From: a virus | Taxonomy: Duplodnaviria; Caudoviricetes | Direction: 5' to 3' (one strand) | IMG/VR virus record: IMGVR_UViG_3300034375_013195 | Location: 1-52,805 of that record | DNA length: 52,805 nucleotides | In this document: piece after piece, positions 28,261 through 36,221 of the stretch | Position numbering within the stretch: the stretch's first letter is position 1 | How the letters are laid out: the number at the start of each line of letters is the position of its first letter | The notes under the pieces: model-generated | What the model saw: only the letters and a program-made list of their open reading frames with translations | What the model was told of the DNA's origin: nothing | Database searches by the model: none | Position numbers and translations under genes: made by a program

Positions 28261-28452
28261 TTAGTTCAAGGAAGGGATCAGAGCCCCAATCTTTCCTGCT
28301 GTCAATCCCTGCTGAAATACTTGCTTGTAGGAATCAGCAAGAATTAAAATCATCTGAGCTTGTTCAGGATTGCAATTAACAGGCAAGCCCAGAACCTTCC
28401 TTGCTAGTTCCTTGAATTCTGGAATTATATTTGCTGAATTAATTGCTTGCAT
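28261..28452 (-). CDS. Hypothetical protein
   Basis: 63-aa ORF. Confidence 0.55.
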   Translation of the reverse strand: MQAINSANIIPEFKELARKVLGLPVNCNPEQAQMILILADSYKQVFQQGLTAGKIGALIPSLN

Positions 28453-28513
28453 TGTCTATAAATTACGGTTCAATATAGCATTAAACGAATTAAAATTCAA
28501 TTAGTTTTAAATT

Positions 28514-28550
28514 AAAAAGGCTTCCCCTTGAGAGTTGGGGAAGCCTTTTT
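28514..28550. terminator. Bidirectional intrinsic terminator
   Basis: AAAAAGGCTTCCCC-N9-GGGGAAGCCTTTTT. Confidence 0.8.
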
Positions 28551-28579
28551 CAACCTCTAATTTCTTTTTTCATGAATTG

Positions 28580-28759
28580 CTAATTTAGCAGAATTTTCCT
28601 TTGTCCGCAAGGGCAAAGGCCTCCCTGAACCTGATTCCTTACATGAATTGTTTTTTTGCATCCATACCTTGAACATAAAACAGGAACAGGGGCCTGGGGC
28701 TTCAGAATATTAACTGAAGGAAGATTGATTGTTCGTTCTTTGCTTTTCTGGGTTGCCAT
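28580..28759 (-). CDS. 59-aa Zn-ribbon-like protein (not in the ORF track)
   Basis: MATQKSKERT...CSRYGC...CPCG; starts 2 nt after the stop of the T9SS gene. Confidence 0.6.
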   Translation of the reverse strand: MATQKSKERTINLPSVNILKPQAPVPVLCSRYGCKKTIHVRNQVQGGLCPCGQRKILLN

Positions 28760-28761
28760 GA

Positions 28762-29940
28762 TTAGAGCTTAATGAAATGTTTAGTTGTATAAATGAAATC
28801 AAGCCCCTTTAGCCTGAGGACAAAAACCCCAGAAGGCAAAGATGAAAGATCAACCTTATTTGCCCCCCTATTGCTACCAACAGCAACAACAGCCCCTTTC
28901 ATGTTTATAACTTCAAAGGCCTCCACTTCAAAAGGGGCTTCAAAGTATAATTGGCTTCCTGCTGGATTGGGATATAAAAGAACCTGATCTGCCTGGGGGC
29001 CTGCAAGCCTGGGGGCAGATGGCTGAACAGTAATAAAGAAATCCTGAAGCTTTCCTGCACAATTCCCAGCATAAGGAATTACACGAATTTTAGCAGTAAG
29101 ATCTGATCCTGAAGAATTGCTTGCAATGAATGATAAATTCCCAAGCCCTATTTCAGGCCCAATTCCTATTTCAGGATTATTGAAGGAAGCATGATCTGCC
29201 CAAATTATGAAGCTTGTTTCAGGGTCGGGGCTGCTGAAGGCAATGCTTACTGCATCCCCTGCTGTTACTGTATCATTAGGGATTGAATCCAATGATACAA
29301 AAGGGGCTGTTGAAAATACTTCTTCCAATGTATCAGAACAAGATTGAAAGCCTTCATTGATTCCTATTATTTGATAATTGTTTGAACCTGGGGAAGGGGC
29401 ATCAATGAAATAGGAAACAGGATTGCCTTTTGTGGCCTCCACATTCCCCAGGCAATTGCCATTTCTTGAAAATAGATAATTATCAGCAACCTTTCTTGAA
29501 TCTGAAAGGCCTGAAGCAAGATCAAAGGAAGCCCCTGAACAAAAGGTTCCTGAAGGGAATGTTGCAGAAATGTTTGGGCTCTTTCTTACTCTTACTTTTA
29601 CCTTCCTTGCAGGGCCTGCTGTTCCATCAAATTGAGCAACCCAATAAAAGGAAGTAGAAGGGGAAGCCATTGAAGGCAAAACAGGCTGCTCCCCTGTTCC
29701 GTTGAAAAGGGCTCCTTTGCTGCCTGAGTTATCTTCATACCAAACAAGGGAATTCCCTGGGATAAATGCAGAGTTCATTTCAACAACTTCATTCATATCT
29801 GCTGGGGCTGTTTCCCCTTGACAATAAAATATACTGATCTGATTGCAGGAATTACAATTCTGGGGCACAAGTTTTGGATTTGCAGCAAAGGCAATCAAGC
29901 CCCAGGCAAAAACCGACATAAAGAGAAAAAGGTTTTTCAT
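28762..29940 (-). CDS. Secreted Ig/PKD-like protein with a T9SS type A sorting domain
   Basis: Signal peptide; Ig-like WY..FYWVAQ..R.V.V; PKD-like domain; C-terminus LYPNPA...INMKG...DLSSLPSGVFVLRL...FIKL. Confidence 0.88.
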   Translation of the reverse strand: MKNLFLFMSVFAWGLIAFAANPKLVPQNCNSCNQISIFYCQGETAPADMNEVVEMNSAFIPGNSLVWYEDNSGSKGALFNGTGEQPVLPSMASPSTSFYWVAQFDGTAGPARKVKVRVRKSPNISATFPSGTFCSGASFDLASGLSDSRKVADNYLFSRNGNCLGNVEATKGNPVSYFIDAPSPGSNNYQIIGINEGFQSCSDTLEEVFSTAPFVSLDSIPNDTVTAGDAVSIAFSSPDPETSFIIWADHASFNNPEIGIGPEIGLGNLSFIASNSSGSDLTAKIRVIPYAGNCAGKLQDFFITVQPSAPRLAGPQADQVLLYPNPAGSQLYFEAPFEVEAFEVINMKGAVVAVGSNRGANKVDLSSLPSGVFVLRLKGLDFIYTTKHFIKL

Positions 29941-29961
29941 GATTATTTATTCATTAATTAA

Positions 29962-30147
29962 TTACAGATTATTTTTTGAAGGGCTGCTTTTAGATTCCTG
30001 ATCTGCCAAAACAAGCAGGGCCTGCCCTACCCCTTCCAACAGCAGCAGGGCCTTCCTTATTGCCTCTGCATATTCAAGATCAGAAGCAACATCAAAATCA
30101 ATTACTATTCCCTTGTATAAGGGGGCAGGGTTCTTTTCTAAGGGCAT
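29962..30147 (-). CDS. Hypothetical protein
   Basis: Small ORF within the operon. Confidence 0.55.
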   Translation of the reverse strand: MPLEKNPAPLYKGIVIDFDVASDLEYAEAIRKALLLLEGVGQALLVLADQESKSSPSKNNL

Positions 30148-30320
30148 ATTTTTGAACCGTTATAAGGACTAACAAAACATACTTCAATTATTCCTGAGGC
30201 CATCAGCAGCCCCAGAACAACAACAAAAACAAAAAAGGCAATAAGATACATTCCCAGCCCCTTGAAAGGGATCTTTGAAAATAGATGTTTAAACATATTG
30301 TTTAACCTTTTTACGAACAT
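30138..30320 (-). CDS. Small single-TM protein
   Basis: Hydrophobic segment; start uncertain. Confidence 0.5.
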   Translation of the reverse strand: MFVKRLNNMFKHLFSKIPFKGLGMYLIAFFVFVVVLGLLMASGIIEVCFVSPYNGSKICP

Positions 30321-31482
30321 TCTTAACTGTTCCCTGTGAAATATTGTAATCTTTTGAAAGGGTTGTAATTGAAGCCCCTTTCAGATAATCCTGAACAACC
30401 CCCTTATAAGTTTGAAAATAAGTAAGATCTTTTGCCTGCTGAGGGTTCTGGGTATCTATTCCAGCAACAAGATCAGAAAAAGAAATTACCTGGGCTGCTG
30501 CTGGGGCAGGGGTTTGCCTGGGCATATTTTTTGCCCGAGGGCCTGGGGCATTTTGCCCTGTTTTTTCATTTTCAAGAAGATCTTTTGCCTGGGTAGGGGA
30601 GGGGATTGCCCCAAGCTTTATTTCAAGAAAAGTATAATACAGATATTGCCTTCTTGAAAAGATCAGTATTAAAATCATTGCCTCAACTATTGAAGAAAAT
30701 ATCAAAGCAATAGTTGAATAATAATCTGTATCAATTGAAGCTGCTGCCTGAAGTTTTGAATTGTCTGTTCTTGCATTCTGCTTATCAAGTGCCTTCAAAT
30801 CAATCAGCTTATCAATTCGCTTTTCTTTTGTTGCAATGGTTTTTCTTGTAATCCAGGATCTTTCATATTTACCCCCAGAAAAAACCAAATTAGCAGGATC
30901 TTTTTTCAGGGCTTCAATATTCTTTTTTTCCTGTTTTATCAGTTCATCATAACCCCCAGCAATAGAAGCTTCATCTTTTAGGGCCTCAGGATCAACGGAT
31001 GAACGCATTTCAGCAAGATCAACTGCCCCGTTAACTGAAGAACCTATTGAAACCCCCATTAATACCACTATAAAGAACATTGGTCCAATTAATACCTTCC
31101 TTGATTTTAGGAAGGTATCAGAAAAAACATTTCCTAATGCAACCTTCCCTGCTTCCACTATTACAAGAATTGATGCTGTTATAAGCATTCCAGCAATAAG
31201 CAGGAAGATCTGAGCATTTGAGCTAAAATCTATTTCTTCAAGGGGAATTCCTGAAATCATCTTCAACACGTAGCCAAAAACAAACAGCCCTGCAAAGGCA
31301 ATGCTTAAAACATGGAGAAGATGAAGGGAAGCATTACTGATTGAATAAAGGGGCTTTCTTTGCTCAGCATAAGTCTTTTCCTTGAATTCATTGAAAGACT
31401 TATCAACAACAATCTGAAGCCTTTCCTGCTTCAGAGCCCCTTTCAGGGGCTTTTTACGGGGGGTTAATTTTTTTTTCTTCAT
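30289..31482 (-). CDS. Membrane protein with four TMs, a coiled coil and a C-terminal HTH
   Basis: TM helices; GASITTLSKDYNISQGTVKNVRK. Confidence 0.75.
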   Translation of the reverse strand: MKKKKLTPRKKPLKGALKQERLQIVVDKSFNEFKEKTYAEQRKPLYSISNASLHLLHVLSIAFAGLFVFGYVLKMISGIPLEEIDFSSNAQIFLLIAGMLITASILVIVEAGKVALGNVFSDTFLKSRKVLIGPMFFIVVLMGVSIGSSVNGAVDLAEMRSSVDPEALKDEASIAGGYDELIKQEKKNIEALKKDPANLVFSGGKYERSWITRKTIATKEKRIDKLIDLKALDKQNARTDNSKLQAAASIDTDYYSTIALIFSSIVEAMILILIFSRRQYLYYTFLEIKLGAIPSPTQAKDLLENEKTGQNAPGPRAKNMPRQTPAPAAAQVISFSDLVAGIDTQNPQQAKDLTYFQTYKGVVQDYLKGASITTLSKDYNISQGTVKNVRKKVKQYV

Positions 31483-31663
31483 TTGTTTTTCCTTTAGATA
31501 AAAATATTACCTGGGAAGGTAAATTAATTAGCTTTTCATTAAAAAGCAATCAAATGTAATTAACTAATAAAGAAAAAGCCTGGGGCAGGCCTTTCAGCAT
31601 ACCCCAGGCAAGAAAATCAAATAGGATATAACAAGTTTCTTCCAACCTGTTATGCTTAAAAAT

Positions 31664-32137
31664 TTAAGGCTTATGCAATTTAAAAAAATTGAAGGCTGTT
31701 TCAAATACCATCTTATAACCTTGTTTCAAATACAGCTTGCTTCCTGAATATCTTATCAGATAGGCAATTGCAAAAAATGAAGCAAGTTCAAAATCTCTGA
31801 ATATTGCCCTGAGTTCTGGGAAGGGTTCCCCAGGCAATTTTTCAATAACAAGTTCAGATGCAGCAGGCCCCATTCCTGAAACGATTCTGAAGGAAACTGA
31901 ATACTTATCAAAAACCCCCTTTGAATCAAGAACCTGAATTGCTGCCTTCCTCAATTCCTGAATTTCATGAAAATCCCCTGAAGAAGGGATCTTCCCCCCA
32001 AGCCTGAAGAAAGGATAAATTGTTTTTTCCTTCCCCCTGTTTCTCTGCATCCCAATATCATCTGCAATAAATTCATTAAGAATATTGATTGCAGTTTTTA
32101 CTTCCTGGGGGTTGCCCCCTGTTCCTAGTGGCTTCAT
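31664..32137 (-). CDS. Hypothetical protein
   Basis: 157-aa ORF. Confidence 0.7.
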   Translation of the reverse strand: MKPLGTGGNPQEVKTAINILNEFIADDIGMQRNRGKEKTIYPFFRLGGKIPSSGDFHEIQELRKAAIQVLDSKGVFDKYSVSFRIVSGMGPAASELVIEKLPGEPFPELRAIFRDFELASFFAIAYLIRYSGSKLYLKQGYKMVFETAFNFFKLHKP

Positions 32138-32250
32138 TTTGCAGCCCTGCTTCTTCTTCTTGAATTTGCTGCAAGCTTTGATCTTCTAAGGGCCTTCAGG
32201 CTTCTGCCTTTCTTCTTGCCCCTTCTTCTTTTTTTGTTACTTATTGGCAT
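32134..32250 (-). CDS. 38-aa Arg/Lys-rich peptide (not in the ORF track)
   Basis: MPISNKKRRRGKKKGRSLKALRRSKLAANSRRRSRAAK; ATGA overlap with the next gene. Confidence 0.6.
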   Translation of the reverse strand: MPISNKKRRRGKKKGRSLKALRRSKLAANSRRRSRAAK

Positions 32251-32299
32251 AATTTTAAAAATTAAAATGAATGATAAGGTTTTGATTTTTGAGCAAGCG

Positions 32300-32506
32300 T
32301 TAAATAAAATCTTCTAAATCCTTTGTTACCTGGAAAAGTAGCTGCCTTTTACCATCAATCATCTTCCTTTCATTTGCGGCCTCTTCTGCATCATTGTAAA
32401 TGGATAGTTCGCCCCTTCTTATTTTTCGGATTTCTTCTGTCAAATCATTGATTTGTTTATCAAATTCTTGAACCCTCTTTTGGTATTTTTCAATTAGTTT
32501 TTCCAT
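32300..32506 (-). CDS. Coiled-coil hypothetical protein
   Basis: ORF with an A-rich leader. Confidence 0.7.
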   Translation of the reverse strand: MEKLIEKYQKRVQEFDKQINDLTEEIRKIRRGELSIYNDAEEAANERKMIDGKRQLLFQVTKDLEDFI

Positions 32507-32539
32507 GATTTCCGTTTTGTTTTAATTGGTTGGCAAGGT

Positions 32540-32779
32540 TTAAGCCTTTGTTCTTTTTACCACCCCTCCCCAAAATTTTTCAAACTCATAAAATGGAGGA
32601 AGGTTTTTTGTGGTCGCTATTTTGTTGAATAGCAAAATATCATCATGAATAATTTCTTCATGATCATCCCATCCTTGGTCATCTGCTGGATGGATAGAGG
32701 GGTTTGCCTTTTGATTTATTATTGATAAGCCAATAAAGTGTAATGTTCTTTTTACTTCTGTTTCGGTGAAATTTTTCAT
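32540..32779 (-). CDS. Hypothetical protein
   Basis: Duplicated at 1..156; homologue at 844..1014. Confidence 0.8.
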   Translation of the reverse strand: MKNFTETEVKRTLHFIGLSIINQKANPSIHPADDQGWDDHEEIIHDDILLFNKIATTKNLPPFYEFEKFWGGVVKRTKA

Positions 32780-32813
32780 GATTTTTAGTTTGTAGTGTTA
32801 TTAAAATAGGAAG
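32624..32813 (+). repeat. Direct repeat, copy 2
   Basis: Matches bases 1-190. Confidence 0.95.
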
Positions 32814-32816
32814 CCC

Positions 32817-33002
32817 TTACGAGCTTTTAGTTTCTAAATATCTTTTTATTGCTTGCTGAATAACTGCGATAGCATTGATGCCATGTGCGTAGCTACCATC
32901 ACCCTTTTTGTAGTTGATGAAACAATGAAGCTGCATATCTTCCAGCCTGACTATTTCAACCTTATTTTGCTCACAGAAATTTGTAATTTCTTTTAGTGTC
33001 AT
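32817..33002 (-). CDS. Hypothetical protein
   Basis: Start placed at MTLKE, after the leader AAAAACAGAACA. Confidence 0.65.
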   Translation of the reverse strand: MTLKEITNFCEQNKVEIVRLEDMQLHCFINYKKGDGSYAHGINAIAVIQQAIKRYLETKSS

Positions 33003-33021
33003 TGTTCTGTTTTTAGGAAGG

Positions 33022-33936
33022 TTAAAAAATAGAAAGTTGCTGATTGTCGTATTCTGTTGAATCCTGGCGAAATATCTCGTTTTCGGTTTCGCTTTTTTCT
33101 GATAGGTCATTTATGCCACAAAACCCGTTGCAATCAATTAGCGGCTTTGGGGGCTTATTAATCCCCTTCATATCAAACAGGCATTTGTGATTTGGATAAT
33201 TTGGATTAGGAAGTAAAAACACATTCCACATACCTGACTGCTTTGCCGCTTTTGATTGGTCTTTATTTATGGTAACTGGCTTCCCTTTTAGTTCAGATAT
33301 TTTATGCTCAATAATCCCCATTATTAAGTAACCCCAAGGATTGATTTTAGAGAATAAATACCAATAGGAAAGTCCACCTTGAACACAACCTGTCTGCAAA
33401 CAATTATTGTTGTGTAAACCTAATTTATAGGCTACGGGAATTTCTATTCCTGCATCCTCAACAAACTTTATGCAATCGGGCTTATCGTACCCGTACATCA
33501 AAAGAGGGTAAATAGCTTTCGCGTCTGGATAATTCAGAGACATTCCCGAAGCTCGATTAAATTCTTTTTTACCAAATTCATACCCAAATACCTGGTAATC
33601 ATAATTGTTTTCTTTCTGCCATTGCTTGCGAACGGCCCGTTTTAATTCACTAGAACAAATAGCGCCAAAGGCAAAATTCATTCCTTGGAATTTATACCAG
33701 ACATCAACAATGCTATCATATTTGGGGTTCCAAATCCTTTCGATTTTTACCCCATACCATTTTTCGCAATCTTTCAGAAATCTGTAAGTATCTTTATGTT
33801 CGTTTTTTGTGTCAATCATTATTACACGAACATTCTCTTTGCCAAATAGCTTGATTGCTAAATAGCAAGCAACCGCTGATGTAATACCACCAGACCACCA
33901 ACAAACAACAACCGTTTTATTTATACATTTAGTCAT
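33022..33936 (-). CDS. PAPS-reductase-family (PP-loop) protein
   Basis: WWSGGITSA, CSSELKR, HNNC...GCVQGG and CNGFC motifs. Confidence 0.85.
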   Translation of the reverse strand: MTKCINKTVVVCWWSGGITSAVACYLAIKLFGKENVRVIMIDTKNEHKDTYRFLKDCEKWYGVKIERIWNPKYDSIVDVWYKFQGMNFAFGAICSSELKRAVRKQWQKENNYDYQVFGYEFGKKEFNRASGMSLNYPDAKAIYPLLMYGYDKPDCIKFVEDAGIEIPVAYKLGLHNNNCLQTGCVQGGLSYWYLFSKINPWGYLIMGIIEHKISELKGKPVTINKDQSKAAKQSGMWNVFLLPNPNYPNHKCLFDMKGINKPPKPLIDCNGFCGINDLSEKSETENEIFRQDSTEYDNQQLSIF

Positions 33937-33970
33937 AGTGTGTTACTTTTAGTCAAGGTTATTATTTGAG

Positions 33971-34192
33971 TTATTCATTTTCAAATACTAACATTTTCTC
34001 AAATGGATTAGGTAGCTCGCTTATCTCCGAATTATCGGCAGCGTCACGAAGTTGGCAGGGGATCCCAAAATCTTTGTCAGTAAGGATAAACCCCATACCA
34101 TCATGCCCAATTTCAAGGCCAATATCCTCTAAAAAATCTTCAAGCTTTTTAAGTTTCTTCGCTAGTGTGTGCGTTGGTAGTAGTCTTTTCAT
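33971..34192 (-). CDS. Hypothetical protein
   Basis: ORF with an A-rich leader. Confidence 0.65.
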   Translation of the reverse strand: MKRLLPTHTLAKKLKKLEDFLEDIGLEIGHDGMGFILTDKDFGIPCQLRDAADNSEISELPNPFEKMLVFENE

Positions 34193-34224
34193 AGTGTTTT
34201 GTTTTAATTCCTAATGCAAGGTTG

Positions 34225-34250
34225 AAAAAGGGCGGATTACATACCGCCCT
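34225..34250 (-). terminator. Intrinsic terminator
   Basis: AGGGCGG-N8-CCGCCCT followed by a T-run on the minus strand. Confidence 0.7.
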
Positions 34251-34335
34251 CATTCCTTTCTGAATTTTCCGGTGCTGCCTGCACTCGGTTGAACTTAATT
34301 TTGAAAGAACGTTGTATCTTTAGGGTAGCCTATTC

Positions 34336-34692
34336 TCAGACAGCTACCGCCTTCTTAGCATCTTCCAGGGCGCTGATATGGGCCTCGAAAAAGGCGCAAG
34401 CTTCCTCGGCTTCCTCAAAGCATATAGCAAATTTACCCATATCCATTAGGCCGCTGTGGGGCTGTATCTTCACGCATTTGAAATCGTGAGATCCGTACAC
34501 GCCCTGTGTCATTTCATAATGACCGATTACGATTCGGTCATAATAATCGTCCGTCCAGTCAACGGACACGCCAGATCGCTTTGCTTTCTGCTCGACACCA
34601 TCTACCACTTCCCACAGGAGGCGGTTTTCATGTCGGCTTTCTGCTTCGGGATCTCTGTCATCGTATCGGGGGTCGTTGCTGTAATATACCAT
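34336..34692 (-). CDS. Hypothetical protein
   Basis: 118-aa ORF. Confidence 0.65.
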   Translation of the reverse strand: MVYYSNDPRYDDRDPEAESRHENRLLWEVVDGVEQKAKRSGVSVDWTDDYYDRIVIGHYEMTQGVYGSHDFKCVKIQPHSGLMDMGKFAICFEEAEEACAFFEAHISALEDAKKAVAV

Positions 34693-34790
34693 ACTATTGC
34701 TTAATGTTTAACTTACCTGCAAATAAATACATTTTGCCCATTTTTGCAAATTTTTATTAAACTTTTGCAAATTTCGTGCAATAAAAAAGC

Positions 34791-35276
34791 CTAGCGTAAT
34801 GCCAAGCTTAGCTTGCTATATCGTTTATCTAGCTTCTGTGTGACTCTCAGTAGTACCTTGTCCCTCTGCGGCCTTCTCTGGATGCGTTTAGGCTCTTTCT
34901 TGCGCCTAACTGTCCCGTCCTGGTATATCCATAGCAGCCCAGCATACTTAGGACATTCTGAGGGCTGTATGAGGCCCGCAGGACAGGCGTAGTAGAAAAA
35001 GTTAGCCGGGTACTTACCCCTCTTTATCATTCGGTGCTTACGCTTCCGAATATCCCTAGCAAAATCGCCCCGGCTAATCTTAACCTCTACATCAATAACG
35101 TTCTTTACCTTTATGCTAAAAATATCAACCTCAACCCCTCGCACGATATACACATTTGGTATAACTGCCCAGTGGCCCTGACCTCTCAAATATTTACAAA
35201 CTATCTCTGTAACTCGCTTGGTGTCGAGTTCCACCCTTCGAGGTGTTCCAAATAGTCGGTAGATATATCCAAACAT
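34791..35276 (-). CDS. MmcB-like PD-(D/E)xK nuclease
   Basis: EVD...EVKISRGDF..D...FYYACP.GLI...P.YAGL pattern. Confidence 0.8.
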   Translation of the reverse strand: MFGYIYRLFGTPRRVELDTKRVTEIVCKYLRGQGHWAVIPNVYIVRGVEVDIFSIKVKNVIDVEVKISRGDFARDIRKRKHRMIKRGKYPANFFYYACPAGLIQPSECPKYAGLLWIYQDGTVRRKKEPKRIQRRPQRDKVLLRVTQKLDKRYSKLSLALR

Positions 35277-35515
35277 GGCTCAGGGAATTGGCTTTTTATT
35301 TCTTCGATGTGTTGTTGGTACATTTCTTCGAGGTCATCTATTAGTTCGTAAATGGCTTCGGCCTTCGCTTGCAGTATCATCTTTCCTTTCTTGTTCTTGT
35401 GTTCGGCTGCATACTCTGTAAAAGCATTCGCCCGGTCTAGCATCCGGCTTTTCATGCCGCCCCACACTCTCCCCTTCCCCTCAATTAAGAGACGGCTTAA
35501 TATCTGGTTTATCAT
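35201..35515 (-). CDS. Hypothetical protein
   Basis: ORF within the operon. Confidence 0.55.
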   Translation of the reverse strand: MINQILSRLLIEGKGRVWGGMKSRMLDRANAFTEYAAEHKNKKGKMILQAKAEAIYELIDDLEEMYQQHIEEIKSQFPEPCLDISTDYLEHLEGWNSTPSELQR

Positions 35516-36017
35516 ATTTATCCTTGAAGTAATAAGCGAAATTTTTAGGCTTACTTAGATCTTGCTCCTCGCCAGGATCGCCCACGCTTTTTAGTTTCTC
35601 ATTCTCCCACAAAAACACCTCAATATCACCCTTTGCCTCTGGGCCATAGATTAGCCCGAAAAGATCTAGTAAGAAGGCTTCGTAATGGTCATTTAGATTA
35701 ATTATGTCAATACCATAATCATATAGGTCATTCCAATCCCTATTAACTGTTAGTAATCTCCATCTTTTAAAGAAGCTTTCCCATTCATCAACAAAGCGAT
35801 TATTTCTTTGTCTAATATCTAGCTTCGCCCAAGTTTCTGGCTGAAATAATACACCCATAACCATCGCACCAAATAGGCTTAGTAATCGCTTGCTTTCTGT
35901 TAGCACCCCTGTTATATCCAGTCCAAGTCTACGGATGGCTATTTGCTGCATTTGACCATCGTTAAAATCATCAAGGGCTGACCATATAGGGCAATGTATT
36001 TCTTCGTGCTGTGCCAT
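35481..36017 (-). CDS. Hypothetical protein
   Basis: 178-aa ORF. Confidence 0.7.
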   Translation of the reverse strand: MAQHEEIHCPIWSALDDFNDGQMQQIAIRRLGLDITGVLTESKRLLSLFGAMVMGVLFQPETWAKLDIRQRNNRFVDEWESFFKRWRLLTVNRDWNDLYDYGIDIINLNDHYEAFLLDLFGLIYGPEAKGDIEVFLWENEKLKSVGDPGEEQDLSKPKNFAYYFKDKYDKPDIKPSLN

Positions 36018-36088
36018 ACGTAAAAATACGTAAAATTATCTGTTTTGCAAATTTTACAAATAATGTTGCAAATATTATGCAAAAGATA

Positions 36089-36120
36089 AAGCCGCTGTAC
36101 CAATTAAGGCGCAGCGGCTT
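36089..36120 (-). terminator. Probable terminator
   Basis: AAGCCGCTG...CAGCGGCTT hairpin after the tail-fibre gene. Confidence 0.55.
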
Positions 36121-36221
36121 ATTCCCTCTGTTTTAGGCAAGCGTTACTTCACTACCTTTTTCCAGGTTCCTTCTGATGAATCAATGTAGATATAGGTTCC
36201 TCTCGGCAGCGCTTTGATATT

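Larger units (their letters stand above)
1..32813 (-). mobile_element. Phage A: near-complete Bacteroidota siphovirus-like genome (about 32,623 bp if circularised)
   Basis: Replication, packaging, head and tail modules are all present. Bases 1-190 repeat at 32624-32813. The core has a uniform CG-poor composition. A T9SS sorting domain and A-rich leaders without Shine-Dalgarno point to a Bacteroidota host. Confidence 0.85.

Noticed and set aside
33022-33936. Dnd phosphorothioation or sulfate-assimilation pathway
   Set aside because: No partner genes are present; the family is common as a lone gene in phages.
34255-34330. tRNA or attachment site
   Set aside because: I could not build a cloverleaf, and there is no integrase or second att copy.
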